From IMG/VR virus record IMGVR_UViG_3300005253_000164: a stretch of 26,989 nucleotides of DNA. The stretch is one strand, 5' to 3'. Position 1 is the first letter of the stretch; every line of letters begins with the position of its first letter. The notes beneath the pieces were generated by a model that saw only the letters and a program-made list of their open reading frames with translations, ran no database searches and was not told where the DNA came from. This document shows positions 1-8,177 of this stretch, one piece after another. A program made the translations under genes and the position numbers. The stretch comes from an uncultured virus (IMG/VR IMGVR_UViG_3300005253_000164) (taxonomy: Duplodnaviria; Heunggongvirae; Uroviricota; Caudoviricetes).

Positions 1-262
1 TGAACATACTTTTGAAAACCTTCACATATATATTTAGAACCTGCTAAATTGTTTTATTACTATATAAAATATGATACGTGACACCCGAAACATATTATGT
101 TGTTATTTTCACATTGAACATTTAACTATTTCAGCCACTCCTTAAAGAAATCGATGGTGTTTTTCAGACCGATTCACTCCAAAAACATAATTAATATTCA
201 ACTCGGCATGAAAATATTACCCGACTTCAAATAAGCTTATTAAGTCGTAATGCGATATTATA

Positions 263-529
263 GTGATGTCGATGGTAACCCAAACGATTAATCAAGCAAA
301 GATTGGAAAATTAGGGTTACGTGAAGCAATGATTATAACGCTCTCACAAGCAAATACCCCACTTTCCATAGAAGATACTTATGACCGTATGCAAGAATTT
401 GATCTTGAATTCCATTTGCACTTTCAAACAGTAAGAGAAATGGCTCTAAAATTACACATGGGGAATTTCATTACATGGGAAAAAATTAAGGGTTTGAAAA
501 GATACGGAATGGTCTTAAGGAAGTTCTGA
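263..529 (+). CDS. Putative winged helix-turn-helix protein
   Basis: 88 aa. Helix-helix-helix-hairpin pattern (LREAMIITL..PLSIEDTYDRM..FQTVREMALKLHMGNFI..KRYG) typical of wHTH. Start could be ATG 266 or 272. Confidence 0.6.
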   Translation: MMSMVTQTINQAKIGKLGLREAMIITLSQANTPLSIEDTYDRMQEFDLEFHLHFQTVREMALKLHMGNFITWEKIKGLKRYGMVLRKF

Positions 530-644
530 TTATATTATACTTAGCAGTAATTTTATTTGTTCACAAAACAACATTGGCCATAGCAAAATAATAAATATAA
601 TACTGCAAACTCCAAATATACCTAAGAATAGGAAGGGTAAAACA

Positions 645-1076
645 ATGCAATCTGTACTTGAATTTAGAACACAAGCCATTCATGAATATGAAATTTCAGA
701 AGAAAAACCACATCACAAGTCTCACAGTGATATTGAGATAGTTAGAGTTGATTTATATGATGATGATAATAATCTAATTAAAAGAAAAGAACGTGTCGCA
801 ATATGTTGGGACTGTGATTATAGCGAAGAATTGGAAAACTTCAGTGAGGCAAATAAAGCAGTTGATATTCATTCACCTCGCTGTCCATCTTTGAGAAGAT
901 TGACTGCAATCGAGAAATGCGGAAACTGTGCTAAAGGCTGGAATTGTCGTTATCACGCTGATATAGGGGCTGGCATATTTGCTCGTCAACCAGACACTAA
1001 AGATAAATCAAGTCAACATGAATCACAAAGGACAAATATAGAAAAAATGAATAAAGAAATAGAAGGTAAAACATAA
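645..1076 (+). CDS. Hypothetical Zn-finger protein
   Basis: 143 aa with CWDC..H..C and CGNC..C..H clusters; purine-rich RBS-like stretch upstream. Confidence 0.6.
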   Translation: MQSVLEFRTQAIHEYEISEEKPHHKSHSDIEIVRVDLYDDDNNLIKRKERVAICWDCDYSEELENFSEANKAVDIHSPRCPSLRRLTAIEKCGNCAKGWNCRYHADIGAGIFARQPDTKDKSSQHESQRTNIEKMNKEIEGKT

Positions 1077-1078
1077 AC

Positions 1079-1131
1079 ATAAATAAAGTGAAAACATTTA
1101 AGATGTTATTCTCTATACTAATTATCATATG
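1079..1131 (+). promoter_or_regulatory. Leaderless archaeal promoter, left copy of 53-bp inverted repeat
   Basis: ATAAATAAAGTGAAAACATTTAAGATGTTATT..ATG is 49/53 identical to the reverse complement of 2355-2407. It contains BRE-like GAAAA and TATA-like TTTAAG and ends in the start codon. Confidence 0.8.
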
Positions 1132-2079
1132 AGAAGATACGTTATTGCACTGTCATTCATAATTTTAATTGCGAGTACCATGACTTCAATTCAACCTGTG
1201 AAAGTAAAAGGAATAGAAGGATGTTATATTATTGGAGAACCGATAGTTATTCAAAATAATAATGATTTTAGTGATTTATGTTTTAATGGAGATGGAACTT
1301 TTAACAGTCCATACAGAATTGAGAATTATAATATAAATAAGGAAGGCGTATCGAGTATTTCAATTATGGGGACAACAGATTATTTTGTCATTAGAAATTC
1401 TACGTTCTCAAGCATAGTGATGTGGAATGTTCAAAATGGGTATATAGTTAATAATACCATTAAAGGAAATTATGATTATTATATAAGTCCGATTAATGGT
1501 AGGAGGCACTCTACTGGTGTGGATATTGGTTCCGATCTATATGGCAAAAGAGAAAGGACAGTAAATATTGTAATCTTGAATAATACTATTATAAATCATT
1601 TAAATGGAATTCGTGCTATAACAGAAACTCATGGTGAGATAATTGATTGCATTATATCATCAAATTCTATTAAAAATAATAAAAATTATGGATTGATAGG
1701 TATTAATGATGCACACATATTGGTTAGATATAATAATTTTATCAATAATACTAAGCAAGCAATTTATGATGGGGAAGATAACCCTGGTTTGTTTGAATAT
1801 AATTATTGGGATGATCATACACAACCCGATGAAAACAATAATGGGATTGTGGATACTCCTTATGAGATCAGCTATTCTTTAGAATATGGCACTAGAACTT
1901 ATGATTATCATCCTCTAACAGAACCTAATGGTGAGATTGAACGTGAAGTTCGAGAGCAACTACCACCTCTTGATACCACATTTACACCTGCCTCACCAGT
2001 ACCTACAATCTTCACAATAGGGTTATTGTTAATAGGAATAACTATAATACGATTAAAATTAAAACCAAAGTTGACATGA
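1129..2079 (+). CDS. Secreted, membrane-anchored NosD/right-handed parallel beta-helix protein
   Basis: N-terminal signal peptide, GDGTFNSPYRIENY motif, Asn-rich NNTI/NSIKNN/NNFINN repeats, NYWDD..D.NNNGIVDTPY..D.HPL C-cap, then Pro/Thr linker, TM helix and basic tail. Confidence 0.85.
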   Translation: MRRYVIALSFIILIASTMTSIQPVKVKGIEGCYIIGEPIVIQNNNDFSDLCFNGDGTFNSPYRIENYNINKEGVSSISIMGTTDYFVIRNSTFSSIVMWNVQNGYIVNNTIKGNYDYYISPINGRRHSTGVDIGSDLYGKRERTVNIVILNNTIINHLNGIRAITETHGEIIDCIISSNSIKNNKNYGLIGINDAHILVRYNNFINNTKQAIYDGEDNPGLFEYNYWDDHTQPDENNNGIVDTPYEISYSLEYGTRTYDYHPLTEPNGEIEREVREQLPPLDTTFTPASPVPTIFTIGLLLIGITIIRLKLKPKLT

Positions 2080-2082
2080 CAG

Positions 2083-2129
2083 TTTTGAGTTCGGGATTAT
2101 ATCATTCTAAATCTATTTCCAGATCATAA
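2083..2129. repeat. Repeat copy 1 (TTTTGAGTTCGGGATTAT plus remnant of a gene 3' end); copy 2 at 12131-12175
   Basis: 18-bp exact core at 2083-2100 and 12131-12148, followed by a 27-nt segment that encodes YDLEIDLE* on the minus strand in both copies. Confidence 0.85.
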
Positions 2130-2144
2130 CAAAATTAAAATATT

Positions 2145-2357
2145 TCAATAGTTTATAGAATTAAAGGCGGTTAAAAGTGGGTGTGTGATGGCTATCAATA
2201 ATATTACGATTATATTTGTGAAAATTACATCACCCATAGGTGTTCTGATTTCTTCAAGGGTTGTTATCCCAAATACAATAAGGGCCATAATGGTTATGAT
2301 AGCTATGATATAAATGATAATACTTCCATTCTCTTTGTGAGATTGTTTGTTTTCCAT
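2145..2357 (-). CDS. Small membrane protein (2 TM)
   Basis: 70 aa with two hydrophobic helices; preceded by the same promoter sequence as 1129..2079. Confidence 0.75.
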   Translation of the reverse strand: MENKQSHKENGSIIIYIIAIITIMALIVFGITTLEEIRTPMGDVIFTNIIVILLIAITHPLLTAFNSINY

Positions 2358-2407
2358 GTAATAATTAGTACAGAAAATAACATCTTAAATGTTTTCACTT
2401 TATTTAT
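2355..2407 (-). promoter_or_regulatory. Leaderless archaeal promoter, right copy of 53-bp inverted repeat
   Basis: Reverse complement matches 1079-1131 with 4 mismatches and ends in the ATG of 2145..2357. Confidence 0.8.
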
Positions 2408-2559
2408 ACACACATGTAATATACTATTTCAGTGTAGCAACTGGAGGATATGGTGACGTTCGTATATTATAAGCTGAACATACAAAAATTTGTCATTTAA
2501 CAATATTTAGATCATAAACTCATAAGTATTATTTTAATAAAGAAATCAAATTAAACATT

Positions 2560-3492
2560 GTGAAGCATTCTAAGCATAAGGCATCGGGAGTAAAACTATC
2601 AAAAAAACATAGGAAAGAACATATAGTAAAAACAGTTCTAACCTTTGGCTTCTTTGGATTAATTGCATCTGCAATAATATTATTTGTCTTGATGGTTTTA
2701 GATTCTGCATTCAACATAAAAGAGCATTATGTATCAGATTTAATCAATGGTGATTATTCTAAAATATTCAGAATAACTATTCTGGCAACAGCGTTTGTGG
2801 TGGCAATTAGTGTTCCAGCTCTATTGCAAACCATAGAGAAATCAAATGGTAAACCATTAGTACCAATAATAAAACTTCTCACTTTTATTACATTATTATT
2901 TCTGATCCCGATTGCAATCTTTGATACTGGAAGCACAGACACAGTAACAATTTTAGGGTGGACCTACAAAGAATCATTTCTACACAGTTTTTTTGCAGAG
3001 AAATTCTTTGTATTTGTTCTGGGATTAATTCTATTCATCTTAATGGCAGACATATTTCCTAAGATGAAAACAAAAGGAGAGATCCAGAAAGCAGTTGGAT
3101 TAGGTTATGTTGTTCTTGGAGCAAACATAGTTATTCTTTTTGCTGTTGAATACACAAAGGAGCTTAGTACTAATTTTACAAATTTTTTGTATCTAGCAAA
3201 CTTTATGATTTATATCTGGTATTTTGCATATCTACTAATAGCTGCATCAAAATATGCAGATGTTAAAAAGATGCCAATAGGATTGATCTTATTCATAATC
3301 CTTCTGATTGGAGATATTATAGTAATCGTGGCTTATCAAGAAGGAAGTTACTTGGAATACATTTTTACAGGTGCATTACTTAATGCCCCTGGCTCAGTCA
3401 ATGTTATTGAAATAGTTTTTACTTTCAATTTATTATTCGTTCTTGCATACATCTATTTTAAACGAATGAAACCAGAATTATTTAATAAATAA
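2560..3492 (+). CDS. Polytopic membrane protein (about 8 TM)
   Basis: 310 aa, GTG start, basic N-terminus then repeated hydrophobic helices. LHSFFA..FF weakly recalls DUF998/Frag1-like proteins (uncertain). Confidence 0.75.
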   Translation: MKHSKHKASGVKLSKKHRKEHIVKTVLTFGFFGLIASAIILFVLMVLDSAFNIKEHYVSDLINGDYSKIFRITILATAFVVAISVPALLQTIEKSNGKPLVPIIKLLTFITLLFLIPIAIFDTGSTDTVTILGWTYKESFLHSFFAEKFFVFVLGLILFILMADIFPKMKTKGEIQKAVGLGYVVLGANIVILFAVEYTKELSTNFTNFLYLANFMIYIWYFAYLLIAASKYADVKKMPIGLILFIILLIGDIIVIVAYQEGSYLEYIFTGALLNAPGSVNVIEIVFTFNLLFVLAYIYFKRMKPELFNK

Positions 3493-3510
3493 ATTACTAA
3501 CACTTAAATC
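3459..3510 (+). repeat. 52-bp direct repeat copy 1 (gene tail plus promoter)
   Basis: TAAACGAATGAAACCAGAATTATTTAATAAATAAATTACTAACACTTAAATC; 51/52 identical to 3719-3770. Confidence 0.9.
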
Positions 3511-3532
3511 ATAACATACTCAAATATGATTA

Positions 3533-3718
3533 ATGACTGATGATGATGATAATAACTTAGAAATCGAAATTCTACATGAAGCACTATTGGATTTTAAAGA
3601 GAAAATGAGACTACAGGGTGTAGATGAGGATTGGGCGATTGTTGCTACACAATTTAAACATAAAAAAACAAATGACCTTGCCTTAAAATATGAGCGATTG
3701 AGAGATAATACACTTTAA
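3533..3718 (+). CDS. Hypothetical protein (61 aa) between 52-bp direct repeats
   Basis: ATG 23 nt after the TTAAAT-containing repeat; stop abuts the second repeat copy. Confidence 0.7.
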   Translation: MTDDDDNNLEIEILHEALLDFKEKMRLQGVDEDWAIVATQFKHKKTNDLALKYERLRDNTL

Positions 3719-3770
3719 TAAACGAATGAAACCAGAATTATTTAATAAATAAATAACTAACACTTAAATC
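3719..3770 (+). repeat. 52-bp direct repeat copy 2
   Basis: 260 bp downstream of copy 1, one mismatch (3495/3755). Confidence 0.9.
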
Positions 3771-3791
3771 TGAATTGACTTTACATGGTTT

Positions 3792-4175
3792 ATGGTTTTT
3801 GTAAAACCTCACAATTGTACTTTTTGTTCAGACGACAAAGCATTTCAAATCAAAATCGAATTCATGTCTGAATCATCATCAGAATCCAAAAGAGTATCTT
3901 TAATCTGCCAAGAATGTTCCATAGAAACATTATTCATGCACAATCCCCATTCTTTTGTTCCAATTGAAGTAGAACAATTCGAAGATTTCTCTATTTTACA
4001 TTGTGATGAATGCAGAGAAGAACATTTTACAATTGGCCATGAGGTAGATCCACAAACAGGGGATTTTACAGGAAAGATATATTTTAGGTGTTTTTATTGT
4101 GATAATAAAGAATTATTTGCAGAAGATACAATTCATAAAATTATTGAAACAAGAAATAATAAGAGTGCTGCTTAA
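3792..4175 (+). CDS. Double zinc-ribbon protein
   Basis: 127 aa, four CxxC pairs (CTFC, CQEC, CDEC, CFYC) in two similar halves. Confidence 0.75.
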   Translation: MVFVKPHNCTFCSDDKAFQIKIEFMSESSSESKRVSLICQECSIETLFMHNPHSFVPIEVEQFEDFSILHCDECREEHFTIGHEVDPQTGDFTGKIYFRCFYCDNKELFAEDTIHKIIETRNNKSAA

Positions 4176-4179
4176 ATTT

Positions 4180-5010
4180 TCAGTTCAACATTAAAATATC
4201 ATTATCGTTTTTACTATATTTAAACCAAGTAGAGGCAGATGGTAAGAAAACAAGAGGATTGGTATCAAATTCATGCAACCCAATCTTAATTTCTTCATCA
4301 ACTTCATCTGTGACTGGATCCATACTAAGCAAAACATATTCAAAATCAAACATTTCCATAAACATGAATTGGAATTCTAATCTATTATTCTCCCAATTCC
4401 ACATGATGGGGAAGATAGGATTAAAATATTCCCATCCACAATGATTCATTTTTGCACATTCTGGATCCTGCTCTTCACAATCATCATCATCAATATCGTG
4501 TAATTGAACCCAGAAATATTGCATAAAGGATTCACTGGAATAGCCAGAAACCAATGTGTCAGTACCATCGTACAAATCGTTACGATAACGACCTTTCACC
4601 CAAGGTCCACCTAAGACTGGTTTTATTTGAATATGATAATTAGTCTCAATATTAGTTCTCCAATTCTCAAGATAGTAAATAACTTGATATGAATGACATT
4701 GCTGAATTAATTCTTTCAACTCATCTTTATACATCTTAACACCATTCAAATCAAATATAATATCAATATATCTTGATAAAGCAATGAATGATTTTAAGAA
4801 AGTAGATTTATCATTTATATCAACAGCTATATATGGTCTTTTAGATATTTCATGTGGATCTCTCTCATAAAATATCCAATCTGAATATACAAGCTTGTTT
4901 TCCATACAAAAGGCATCGTATAGGTGATCTTGATCTATTTCTATTAAATAATCAGCAACTTTAGCTAAATTAGAATTCAGTCTTTTTGTCTGGAACTTCT
5001 GTAATTGCAC
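4180..5010 (-). CDS. Hypothetical acidic protein
   Basis: 276-aa ORF, GTG start, GGAAACATTATATTT BRE/TATA-like element about 25-30 nt upstream on the minus strand. Confidence 0.75.
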   Translation of the reverse strand: MQLQKFQTKRLNSNLAKVADYLIEIDQDHLYDAFCMENKLVYSDWIFYERDPHEISKRPYIAVDINDKSTFLKSFIALSRYIDIIFDLNGVKMYKDELKELIQQCHSYQVIYYLENWRTNIETNYHIQIKPVLGGPWVKGRYRNDLYDGTDTLVSGYSSESFMQYFWVQLHDIDDDDCEEQDPECAKMNHCGWEYFNPIFPIMWNWENNRLEFQFMFMEMFDFEYVLLSMDPVTDEVDEEIKIGLHEFDTNPLVFLPSASTWFKYSKNDNDILMLN

Positions 5011-5062
5011 AATTGTTATCTGTCTTTCATTAAATATAATGTTTCCCCAGATATTAAATTAT

Positions 5063-5074
5063 TTTGTTAACAAA
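5063..5074. promoter_or_regulatory. Palindromic operator TTTGTTAACAAA
   Basis: Perfect 12-bp palindrome in a divergent intergenic region; a one-mismatch copy follows at 5084-5095. Confidence 0.75.
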
Positions 5075-5125
5075 TAATTGAAGTTTGTTAATAAATATTA
5101 TATGTAATAAAAATAGTAAAAGATC

Positions 5126-5245
5126 ATGGACCCAGAAGAGAAAACTAAAAAAACTGAAACTAATAAAAAATTAAAGAAAGAGGAAAGCGAAAGTGAAATA
5201 ACCTCATTTACATGGAAAATGCCAGACCATCACAGGGATAGGTGA
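5126..5245 (+). CDS. Small charged protein (39 aa, not in ORF track)
   Basis: MDPEEKTKKTETNKKLKKEESESEITSFTWKMPDHHRDR*; ATG 30 nt from TATTATAT; the stop lies in the GGTGA RBS of the next gene. Confidence 0.5.
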   Translation: MDPEEKTKKTETNKKLKKEESESEITSFTWKMPDHHRDR

Positions 5246-5251
5246 AAGATA

Positions 5252-5452
5252 ATGGCAGATACAATCACAAATAAAATAATACAATATATGAACGAAAAGA
5301 AAAATCGTGGATTTCTCCCATGGGAACTTATAGGTGAGGTTCCTGCAAACACTTCTTCTGGTGTGTATTCTGCTATTAATCACATGAGAGCACATGGTAA
5401 ATTAATACAGAAATTTGATGGCAAATATTATCTGATAGAGGTGAAAAAATGA
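5252..5452 (+). CDS. Winged helix-turn-helix protein
   Basis: 66 aa; GGTGA RBS; helix-helix-helix-G.L..GKYYL wing; visibly homologous to both halves of the next ORF. Confidence 0.7.
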   Translation: MADTITNKIIQYMNEKKNRGFLPWELIGEVPANTSSGVYSAINHMRAHGKLIQKFDGKYYLIEVKK

Positions 5453-5874
5453 CTGTTAGGATAATAAATTCTGATCGTAATCTGAAAAGTAGAATAATTA
5501 CTTTATTACGCAACGAAAACAATAAGGGATTAAAAAGGAGTGAAATTCACGACCACTTGGACAACAAGCGATCTTCAACCGTTTTTGACATGGTGGGTTC
5601 AATGGAACTACATGGGGATCTGGAAAAAATAGGAAAACTATATTATCTAAAAGGAACCATAAAAAAACATCGAGAAAAACGGATAAATAGTTTAAGACAA
5701 CAAATAACAGATTTTCTTGAAACAGCAGATGAAGAAGGATATACTCCCAATGAAGTAACTGAATATTTATCAGATAAATACACTCCTTCCTCAACCAGAT
5801 CTGCATTGGGTCATATGAAAAGTCTTGGACAGGTTGATCAAGATAAAGGAAAATACTTTTTGGTGAAATATTAA
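5449..5874 (+). CDS. Tandem winged helix-turn-helix protein
   Basis: 141 aa; two repeats of I..L.....G....E....L....SS......M...G......GK.Y.L; ATGA coupled, GAGGTGA RBS. Confidence 0.7.
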   Translation: MTVRIINSDRNLKSRIITLLRNENNKGLKRSEIHDHLDNKRSSTVFDMVGSMELHGDLEKIGKLYYLKGTIKKHREKRINSLRQQITDFLETADEEGYTPNEVTEYLSDKYTPSSTRSALGHMKSLGQVDQDKGKYFLVKY

Positions 5875-5875
5875 G

Positions 5876-6625
5876 ATGAGTATCGAAAAACCAACTCCCA
5901 ACACATCTAAGTGGTTAGGAATGAATCATAATAAAATTGATAAAAAACTCTTCCCATCATTAAATAAAGAAACGGTTACAAGTATAATACTTCTAAATTA
6001 TGGTGGAAAAGGCAGTAGAAAACCAGTATTGGGGAACCATATAATAAAAAATGCGATAGAAATTTATGGTGAAAACAATGTGGAAATTATATCTTCACCT
6101 AGATTTTACAATATAATTGGAACATGGAACCCCAAAACAAAATCGTTTGATAATAGTCGAATAAAAGCTGATAAATCAGTTCATATCATCAACATACCTC
6201 AAAGCGAAAGCCTGTTTGATCGTAATTATACGAATAGGGAAGCAACGGTTAAATTAGAAGAAACATTACAAAGGTTGAGATTCTTAAAAAATACATTCGG
6301 CCACTTCATATTCATATTCAATTCTAGAAGTTTACTTGTCAACATTCTTCACAGATATACTGATCTTGTATTTTATATTGGTTATCCCAGATTATTTAAC
6401 AGAAATTTCATTAGTGACAATCTCTTTTTTTCAAACAAACAATTCCCAGAAGAAGCTGAAGCAATAATGAGAGAAACCACATTTCAATTGGACAAAGGAG
6501 ATTTATATGAAAGATATGAACACCATAACTATGTGGTTGATGTGCGTTTTGGTAAATTTGCAAGTTATAGACCAGAACCAACACACATTAATTATTTACA
6601 AAAAGCATTGGAGGAAAGAATATGA
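5876..6625 (+). CDS. Hypothetical protein, possibly a degenerate P-loop NTPase
   Basis: 249 aa; IILLNYGGKGSRK resembles a broken Walker A; FIFIFNSR..HRYTDLVFYIG resembles later ASCE strands. Confidence 0.55.
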   Translation: MSIEKPTPNTSKWLGMNHNKIDKKLFPSLNKETVTSIILLNYGGKGSRKPVLGNHIIKNAIEIYGENNVEIISSPRFYNIIGTWNPKTKSFDNSRIKADKSVHIINIPQSESLFDRNYTNREATVKLEETLQRLRFLKNTFGHFIFIFNSRSLLVNILHRYTDLVFYIGYPRLFNRNFISDNLFFSNKQFPEEAEAIMRETTFQLDKGDLYERYEHHNYVVDVRFGKFASYRPEPTHINYLQKALEERI

Positions 6626-6966
6626 CATTTGCAATTAAAATGAATAAAAAACATCGTATGCTTCAACTGATGCTCACACATAAAGAACCAATGCTAAAAC
6701 ATGAGGTGGCAAATAAGATGGATTTAACCACTTCAAACATAGGTGGTAGTTTTGCATCAATGGTTATTGATGGTCTTTTAGATCAAATTGGGGGAAAATA
6801 TCAAGTCACAGCTCTGGGCAAAAAATATTTGAATGGCAAAGATGTAAGTTACAAAATAACACAGGAAGGTGCCACTAAAAACAAAAGGAGACTTGGAAGG
6901 AAGCAGAGCAGGAACCACCATGTCCATGTGGTTGTGATACAGGAGAAGAGCAGAAATGACCCATGA
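6622..6966 (+). CDS. Winged helix-turn-helix protein
   Basis: EPMLKHEVANKMDLTTSNIGGSFASMVIDGLLDQIGGKYQVTALGKKYL is a classical wHTH pattern. Confidence 0.75.
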   Translation: MTFAIKMNKKHRMLQLMLTHKEPMLKHEVANKMDLTTSNIGGSFASMVIDGLLDQIGGKYQVTALGKKYLNGKDVSYKITQEGATKNKRRLGRKQSRNHHVHVVVIQEKSRNDP

Positions 6967-7117
6967 ACATGAAGATCATGTTTTAGCAATTATTGTTCAA
7001 TTGACGATGGTTTCTATTTTCTGTGATACATGCAGAACATTTGTAATAATGATAAAAAACAAATCTCCAAAAGTACACCTTAGAGATTTTACAGTTGAGA
7101 GGTTGACAACAGAATGA
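6956..7117 (+). CDS. Small hypothetical protein (53 aa, not in ORF track)
   Basis: MTHEHEDHVLAIIVQLTMVSIFCDTCRTF..; fills the gap exactly, ATGA coupled to 7114; His cluster plus CxxC. Confidence 0.55.
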   Translation: MTHEHEDHVLAIIVQLTMVSIFCDTCRTFVIMIKNKSPKVHLRDFTVERLTTE

Positions 7118-7467
7118 AATCTCCCATTGGCTCATGGGTAGACCAACTCAAAATTGAATTCATAGATTTTAAACGATCAGTAATTCATTTAATCTGGAAA
7201 GTCCAACATTTCAGAACTAATGAATACAAGATGTTACAATATATTGTATTCAAAAGGGGGCCATTTGGTAATCACAACACAAATATTACACAAATCACTT
7301 GCACAGAATGCAATGGAGAAGTTGAATCATATGCATATTTTGTTGATGATGGAATAAAGAAAACCACAATTACTTGTGTGGATCCAGATTGTAATTTTCT
7401 AGTAACAATTATAGAGCCAGTTCCAACTCCAGATGAAGTATATTTGAGAGGGGATTATCAACCATGA
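7114..7467 (+). CDS. Zinc-ribbon protein
   Basis: CTEC..CVDPDC; coupled on both sides. Confidence 0.65.
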   Translation: MKSPIGSWVDQLKIEFIDFKRSVIHLIWKVQHFRTNEYKMLQYIVFKRGPFGNHNTNITQITCTECNGEVESYAYFVDDGIKKTTITCVDPDCNFLVTIIEPVPTPDEVYLRGDYQP

Positions 7468-7907
7468 AATTAGTTAAGTGTATTGAACATGATATTTTAA
7501 CATTAATAGTAATTGCAGCAGACAGCTTTCCATTTAAAATGGAAACAATTCTGAATATATTGTTAGTTTCTCTGGATAAATTAAAGAAAGGAGAGGATCT
7601 ATCTGGTTTTCTATCCTTTTTAGCAGAATACAAAGATCATCCGATTGCACATCCTATTTATGAGATGGGAATATTATATTTCAAGGATGTAGAAAACTTA
7701 TTCTCACTAATTATAGAAAACAATCTGGAAGATTATTCTGATGGAATTATTCGCCAGTTTAAATTAATACAGTCTTTTGCAGATACAATTAGTGAGAATT
7801 TTGATGTTGTAGGGACTGAAGATAATGGGATAAAATTAAGTGGGAAAGAGATGGGTGTCACAATTATGTGGTCACCTAACAAGGAGAAGAAATGCAAAGG
7901 AGAATGA
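7464..7907 (+). CDS. Hypothetical protein
   Basis: 147 aa, GAGGGG RBS, ATGA coupled. Confidence 0.65.
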   Translation: MKLVKCIEHDILTLIVIAADSFPFKMETILNILLVSLDKLKKGEDLSGFLSFLAEYKDHPIAHPIYEMGILYFKDVENLFSLIIENNLEDYSDGIIRQFKLIQSFADTISENFDVVGTEDNGIKLSGKEMGVTIMWSPNKEKKCKGE

Positions 7908-7913
7908 TAAAAT

Positions 7914-8177
7914 TTGAATAACATAGCAAAAATCATTCTTAATCTTGAAGGAACCTGTAACGCAATGGAGGAAGAGATAAAACAAGCACACCACCATCTA
8001 GTACTTTTGAAGGCAAGGAGAGAAACACTACATGCCAACATAATTGAACTAAAGAAAGAGACAAAACAAAAGTTAAGATGTGACGTATGTAAAATAGAAA
8101 TGAAAAAAATTGTTGAGATTACAACGCTTTGTGAAACATGTGACAAAAAACTAGATAGTTTGGAGGAAATGAAATGA
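7914..8177 (+). CDS. Coiled-coil plus C4 zinc-finger protein
   Basis: TTG start after AGGAG; heptad-like N-half, then CDVC..CETC. Confidence 0.6.
   Translation: MNNIAKIILNLEGTCNAMEEEIKQAHHHLVLLKARRETLHANIIELKKETKQKLRCDVCKIEMKKIVEITTLCETCDKKLDSLEEMK

Noticed and set aside
1079..2407. IS element/MITE defined by terminal inverted repeats
   Set aside because: No transposase, no clear target-site duplication, and the IRs are promoter-plus-ATG sequences.
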